Origin: Stramenopiles sp. TOSAG23-6
Taxonomy: Eukaryota
Reading direction: 5' to 3'
Length of the DNA stretch: 33,457 nucleotides
NCBI GenBank assembly: GCA_900128565.1
Contig: LT635954.1
Span: 1-33,457 of the forward strand
The notes beneath the pieces were generated by a model, which worked only from the letters and a program-made list of their open reading frames with translations, did not search any database and was not told where the DNA came from. Shown piece by piece: positions 28,627 through 33,457 of this stretch. The position numbers and the translations under genes were made by a program. How positions within the stretch are numbered: position 1 is the stretch's first letter; every line of letters starts with the position of its first letter.

Positions 28627-29961
28627 TCATGGGGTGCTCCACCCGCCATCAGGCGGAGTCATTGGACGAGATGCTGCAGTTGTAGATGATGCCATAGATT
28701 CAGCAAATGTACTAGCACCAGATAAAGCTTGAGGAAGTTGCTCAGATGACCATGGAGAAGACAGCTCAGGCGCAGATGCAAGACTTCCCCGTTCTTCTGA
28801 TGGTGATGGTGGATTAAAAGCTGCCATACTCGCAATACCACGTGCACGATCGTCCGACCTTTTCCAATCAGGCTCCACTTCATCACGTTTACGCTTAACC
28901 AAGGGCAAGCGTGGTCTACGACGTCCTCCACTTGCAGATCGGCCTGCAGATGAGGATGACATTGCTCCACCTTCAAATAGGCTTGCAGATCTGTCTGACG
29001 GCTGTCCAAATAGAGCCGAACTCGCGGTAGGTGGCTTACGCAAGAGTGGTCTAGGATGTACTCCACCAAATCTTAGACCATGACGCCCCGCTCCACCTTT
29101 ATCGCCTCGTTCTACGTATCTGTCAACTTCGAATTCATACTTATCATCTAATGGAATTTCAAAAGAAATTGTTCCACCTTTATTTGCTTTACGCGGAGAA
29201 AGCTGCGCAAATATGACATACTCTTTTGCTCCACAGTTCGACTGCTCAGTTACAAAGCCATCGTAGAACTCATGCAAATTGTGCCACATCCAAATATAAA
29301 ACAGCGGGTCACCATGCCTTTCATTCTTTAAATATTTTTTCGAAGGACTATGATGTGTACTTCTTTGCACTTGTCCATGACCATTTTTATAACCAAAAGC
29401 ACCACTCAAAAAAGCACGAAAAATAAACGGTCCTTTTTCAGTCTCTTGATAGTTCCATAATTCCTTTGCCAATTCGTTTGAGAAGTTGAAGAGTCTCTTT
29501 CCGTCTTTACCTGTATATTCATACACCGAGACTTTTGGATTACTTCTTGTAGCTTTGGAGCGGCAGTAAAGCTCCTGCACTTTTACCCGGTTATCAAGAA
29601 AGGGAACAATGTAAACGTCGTTTCGGGTGGTTTCTCCAGTCAAAATTTCAAAATCACGTTTCCCTTCAGGATAAGCACCAAATTTGTCGCATGATCTATA
29701 CAGCTTCTTTCCAGATAATGGTACTGGCTCTAAAAAGTCTGCCTCAATCCTTGGTTTATCAATAAATTTCCATTGGTGCATTCGGCTCCCGGGAGTCATA
29801 ATGTTGTCCTTGGTGATTTCCTTTTGTTGTTCTGCGGTGGGCCCACTTACAACAAATCCTGTTGGTACAACCCTAAATACCAAATCGGCAGTATCGGCAG
29901 AATAGCACATCACAACCAATGCGAGACAAAGAAAGACATTCATTTTTGATACAATTACCAT
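28627..29961 (-). CDS. Hypothetical secreted protein (mirror copy)
   Basis: Mirror of 3497..4831. Confidence 0.7.
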   Translation of the reverse strand: MVIVSKMNVFLCLALVVMCYSADTADLVFRVVPTGFVVSGPTAEQQKEITKDNIMTPGSRMHQWKFIDKPRIEADFLEPVPLSGKKLYRSCDKFGAYPEGKRDFEILTGETTRNDVYIVPFLDNRVKVQELYCRSKATRSNPKVSVYEYTGKDGKRLFNFSNELAKELWNYQETEKGPFIFRAFLSGAFGYKNGHGQVQRSTHHSPSKKYLKNERHGDPLFYIWMWHNLHEFYDGFVTEQSNCGAKEYVIFAQLSPRKANKGGTISFEIPLDDKYEFEVDRYVERGDKGGAGRHGLRFGGVHPRPLLRKPPTASSALFGQPSDRSASLFEGGAMSSSSAGRSASGGRRRPRLPLVKRKRDEVEPDWKRSDDRARGIASMAAFNPPSPSEERGSLASAPELSSPWSSEQLPQALSGASTFAESMASSTTAASRPMTPPDGGWSTP

Positions 29962-30292
29962 TGAAGCCCTGTGTAATGTATACTGCAAGAAGCTTTGCAA
30001 TTCTTGAAAAGTTTTCTTTAACTGACTAGGTAGATTATTTCACCAGTAGTGGATCTTTTTTTAACGGCCGCAAAAAAATGGGCGATTTCGATTTCGTGGG
30101 GTCAAGTTCAAGTTCAACCCAAAAAAAAAGCCAAACATCCATCATCATCAATCAAACGAACTCGTACACTGTACCAGTATACCATCCCGTGTAGCTAGTA
30201 GTCTCTTCCAAAAGGGTATTATAGTAGTAGGCCTTACCACCAGAGGACCTGATATAACTACGTGTTTATTATTACTGGTTAGTTTTAGTATA

Positions 30293-32296
30293 ATGACAGT
30301 GGCTTGTGATTCTCAATCTTTGAATAAGACAAATGATGTATTACGAGTGGTTAGAAAGTGTCTTGCGTGTGGTGTAACAAAGGCAAATCTCCTTCGGTGC
30401 TCTGGCTGTCGTCTCGTACACTTTTGTGGTCGAGCGTGTCAGATGAAGATATGGAAGTTTCACAAAAGAGCTTGTCAGGCAGCAAGAAAGAAATCCGCGG
30501 TTCAAAGTGGAAATAGGCAAGCACAATTATGTAGTAATGAAGTGATTGAAAAAGCTAAAAATGCTGGTCTTGCTGCGGGTAGGATAGCCTTGGCAGGCGG
30601 GAAAACTAAAGAAAAGGCAGCTGCCGCCGCTGCAGCCGCTACGATTGAAGCTTTTGAAGCTTTACAACCAGTTCCTGTCAAATCTTCATCAAAAGATTCC
30701 AAGTGCACAGCAGCTATTTCCCCAGAAGTGTCCTTACGTCTAGGTATGCAGGCAGCCCATGATGCGCTTGCTTCTGGATCATCAAATGAAGAAGCTGTTG
30801 CAGCTGCGATTGCTAAAATTGATGAGGACACGGTTCCACCAAAGATGACTAAACGTATTGACAGTGTTAGTGATAGTGTAGAGGTTCCTTCTCATAGTTC
30901 CAATGGTATTAAAAATGACAAAACTATAGAAAAAGAGAATAACAATACAATTGTGAACAATATCCCGTCAACAGTTTTACAAAACGACAAACCTATAGAA
31001 AAAGAGAATACCAATACAATTGTGAACAATATCCCGTCATCAGTAGAGTGTATTTTATCTGCACTCTCTATGGAAGTTCAACGACTTAATCATCTCCGTT
31101 CCCTAGAGACTAATCTTGCATTTACTGAGGCCAGTTCTCGTTTTGAAGATTTGCTAAAGATATTAAAGCCATATCGTACATCTCATTGTTTCGAATGGGC
31201 TGCACTTAACTTCAATAGTGCTATGCTCTGTCAAACAATGTGGAATTGTTTAATAGATCCACCAAAGTTACCAAACGTGCTCAAGGTTCCTGCCGTTCAC
31301 TTTTCAGGGTATATGCATTCTCGTAATGGGAGTAATTATATTATGACTGCATTGCGTAGATTTAAAAATGCTTTGAAGTCATATCATGCGGCTGTGGCAC
31401 AAGGATGGGATGCACGTCATCAAATAATTGACTGTAATCGTGCAATACAGATTTGTCAAAACATTATTACTCAAACTCAGAAAGATTTAGATTCTTTTAT
31501 CGAAACATCTGACATAATGTCGAATGACTTAAGAAATGCAGTTACACATAATATGAAGATTTCCTACTGCTTGAGTGGTACTATGTTTCGTCTTATGGGT
31601 ATTCCAGGATACAATGAATTATCTGATACAAGTCAAATGAATTGTAAAATAGTGGAGAATAATAATTGTAATAATGATAAAACAGTTGAAAAACAAAAAT
31701 TAAATAATGTAGAAACAACACAAAAAGCTCAAGAATTGATGTATATGCTTTCAATGAATGGAACAAATGAAGATTTTGAGAAATGTAGTACACAAATTGT
31801 ATTGACAGGACCATTTACTCGAGTAACAAAAGAATGTGTTTTAGATATTGAAGAAAAAGCTGTAAATTGTTTAGATTGTTGTCCTATGTGTAAGAAAAAA
31901 GTATCCAGTGGTTTTGGGTATGTTGCATACTTATGCAAAGAAAAATCAATTTCGAATTTGCCAAGTGGTGTCAGTACAATAGACCCAGAACAAAAGTATG
32001 TACAAAATCCACAATTAAGTATAGAATTAGGTATAGAAAGTTTTCGTTCATATTTTATACCTTGTATTTGTTGTATTTCGTGTATCAAAATTCTTGAAAA
32101 TTATATTCCAGTCGCTATTAACGAGGATGGACTAAAATGTGGAGATCAAAGAGAGAAACATTTTTTAGGTAAGGAATTTGGTATGAAATATTGGGATTTG
32201 AAACGATTATCACCGGCTCATCGAATTCCTGGCGTCATTGGAACATCCCTGTCTTATTCAGATAAGATTTTATATGAAGAATATCAAAAGATTTAA
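30293..32296 (+). CDS. MYND-type zinc finger protein (mirror copy)
   Basis: Mirror of 1162..3165. Confidence 0.85.
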   Translation: MTVACDSQSLNKTNDVLRVVRKCLACGVTKANLLRCSGCRLVHFCGRACQMKIWKFHKRACQAARKKSAVQSGNRQAQLCSNEVIEKAKNAGLAAGRIALAGGKTKEKAAAAAAAATIEAFEALQPVPVKSSSKDSKCTAAISPEVSLRLGMQAAHDALASGSSNEEAVAAAIAKIDEDTVPPKMTKRIDSVSDSVEVPSHSSNGIKNDKTIEKENNNTIVNNIPSTVLQNDKPIEKENTNTIVNNIPSSVECILSALSMEVQRLNHLRSLETNLAFTEASSRFEDLLKILKPYRTSHCFEWAALNFNSAMLCQTMWNCLIDPPKLPNVLKVPAVHFSGYMHSRNGSNYIMTALRRFKNALKSYHAAVAQGWDARHQIIDCNRAIQICQNIITQTQKDLDSFIETSDIMSNDLRNAVTHNMKISYCLSGTMFRLMGIPGYNELSDTSQMNCKIVENNNCNNDKTVEKQKLNNVETTQKAQELMYMLSMNGTNEDFEKCSTQIVLTGPFTRVTKECVLDIEEKAVNCLDCCPMCKKKVSSGFGYVAYLCKEKSISNLPSGVSTIDPEQKYVQNPQLSIELGIESFRSYFIPCICCISCIKILENYIPVAINEDGLKCGDQREKHFLGKEFGMKYWDLKRLSPAHRIPGVIGTSLSYSDKILYEEYQKI

Positions 32297-32347
32297 AATA
32301 AATATTGTAACATTTTATTATAAAGAATTAAAGATGCTTATTTATGT

Positions 32348-33395
32348 TCATATAGAAAATTGATGAAAAACATGAAAATATTTCTCATCATTGGTTGATG
32401 TATTTTTGTCACTAAATTCTTTTGTATGCGCCTCTGCTTCTCCATTCAGAGCACAATCAATACACAAATCAAAATCAAAACAAATAGTACAACTAGATCT
32501 TTTTATACAAATAGTCTTCCCACATGAGTCACACTTATAATCAAAACATACAGATTTGTCTTCAACTACAACATTATTATTACTATCATTATTATTCATG
32601 GATTCTCTATAAAGCATTTCATTGGTACCTGAAAAGAAATATCGTGAAAAAATATTCAAAAACCACATTCCGTTAGGTACGAAATTTGGTACAAAAGAAA
32701 ATAAATTTGAAAGTAAAGTGGACAACAAACAAGCCAAACCGCCTCTCCGACAGTCGAATTGGTACGTTAATATTTTCAGTGCGTTGACAATGAAGTGATT
32801 CTGGAAGAGTCCATTGAATGATTTTCTTTTTTGATTTATTTTTTTTATTGTTTAATCTAGAATTTTCGTCATCGTGTAATCGTTTCACTAAATAACGTCT
32901 TGTGAAGAAATATTTGACAAAAAAAAGTCGTTAGGTATAAAATGTTCTAGGAAAAAAAAATTTCAAAAAAATATTTAAAAAAAAAATTTCAAAAAAAAAA
33001 TCGAAATTCGAAATTGAAACATACTTGAATGATAGAATCACTTTCTCCTAATAGTTCAACGTCAAATCCATCACTTTTATGTTGCTTTTCGATCTTTATA
33101 GGTTTCAAGTTAATGAGAATTTGAGGAACATGACCAGGTAAAAAACCCAACACAGAACTCATATTTTTTTGGATAGTATGTGTATAGTTTGAAATTCATT
33201 AGGTACAAAATTTTCATAGTAAAAAAAAATAAATTTGAAATTCATGATGAAAACTAACATTGGAGCTACTTGAAGTGAAGTGCCCATCACAAGTAAAAGA
33301 TCAGCTTTGCTTCGATCTTTGGTCAGAAGATTTGCAACCTGTTTTGGAATATTCTCACCAAAAAATGTAATATCTGGTTTGATTAGTCCACCACA
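32348..33395 (-). CDS. Sirtuin with ZZ finger, 5'-partial (mirror copy; introns 33161..33258, 32895..33024, 32638..32734)
   Basis: Mirror of 63..1110. Confidence 0.88.
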
Positions 33396-33457
33396 AATGT
33401 ATTTTGGAAAAATATTTCAAAAAAAAAACTTAATTTTTGTTAGGTACAAAATTTCGT

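Larger units (their letters stand above)
20256..33457 (-). repeat. Right arm of ~13.2 kb inverted repeat
   Basis: Reverse complement of 1..13202; mirrored ORFs translate identically. Confidence 0.97.

Noticed and set aside
1-33457. Linear virus, Polinton or plasmid with long terminal inverted repeats
   Set aside because: No polymerase, capsid, integrase or packaging ATPase. The arms hold ordinary intron-containing nuclear genes and end mid-intron.

Overview
AT-rich, gene-dense eukaryotic (protist-like; lineage not determined) DNA arranged as a large inverted duplication. 1..13202 is the apparently exact reverse complement of 20256..33457, around a ~7 kb unique core (13203..20255) holding two N bases and a (TTAGGG)3. 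Each arm carries a 5'-partial sirtuin with a C-terminal ZZ finger, a MYND-finger protein, an unknown secreted protein, a truncated ankyrin gene between ~210 bp direct repeats, a CX5R phosphatase/asparaginase-like fusion, a nicotinamidase, an unknown helical protein, a synapsin-like ATP-grasp protein and a Kelch gene (completed by a BTB exon only in the left copy). The core has a Cys-rich secreted protein, a small membrane protein and two unknown ORFs. The main finding is that all nine introns I could identify belong to one non-canonical family: 90-98 nt (one 130 nt), yeast-like GTAYGT donors (possible AT/GC variants), a conserved TACSAAATTTYGTACCTAAC branch-like element 33-39 nt before the 3' end, and 3' ends best placed at T (mostly YAT, often TACAT) rather than AG. 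Introns in unrelated genes share 21-27 nt identical tracts, which suggests an introner-like origin and possibly a modified spliceosome. Splice sites are inferred from reading frame and protein motifs, not from RNA. The inverted duplication may be an amplification or assembly artefact.
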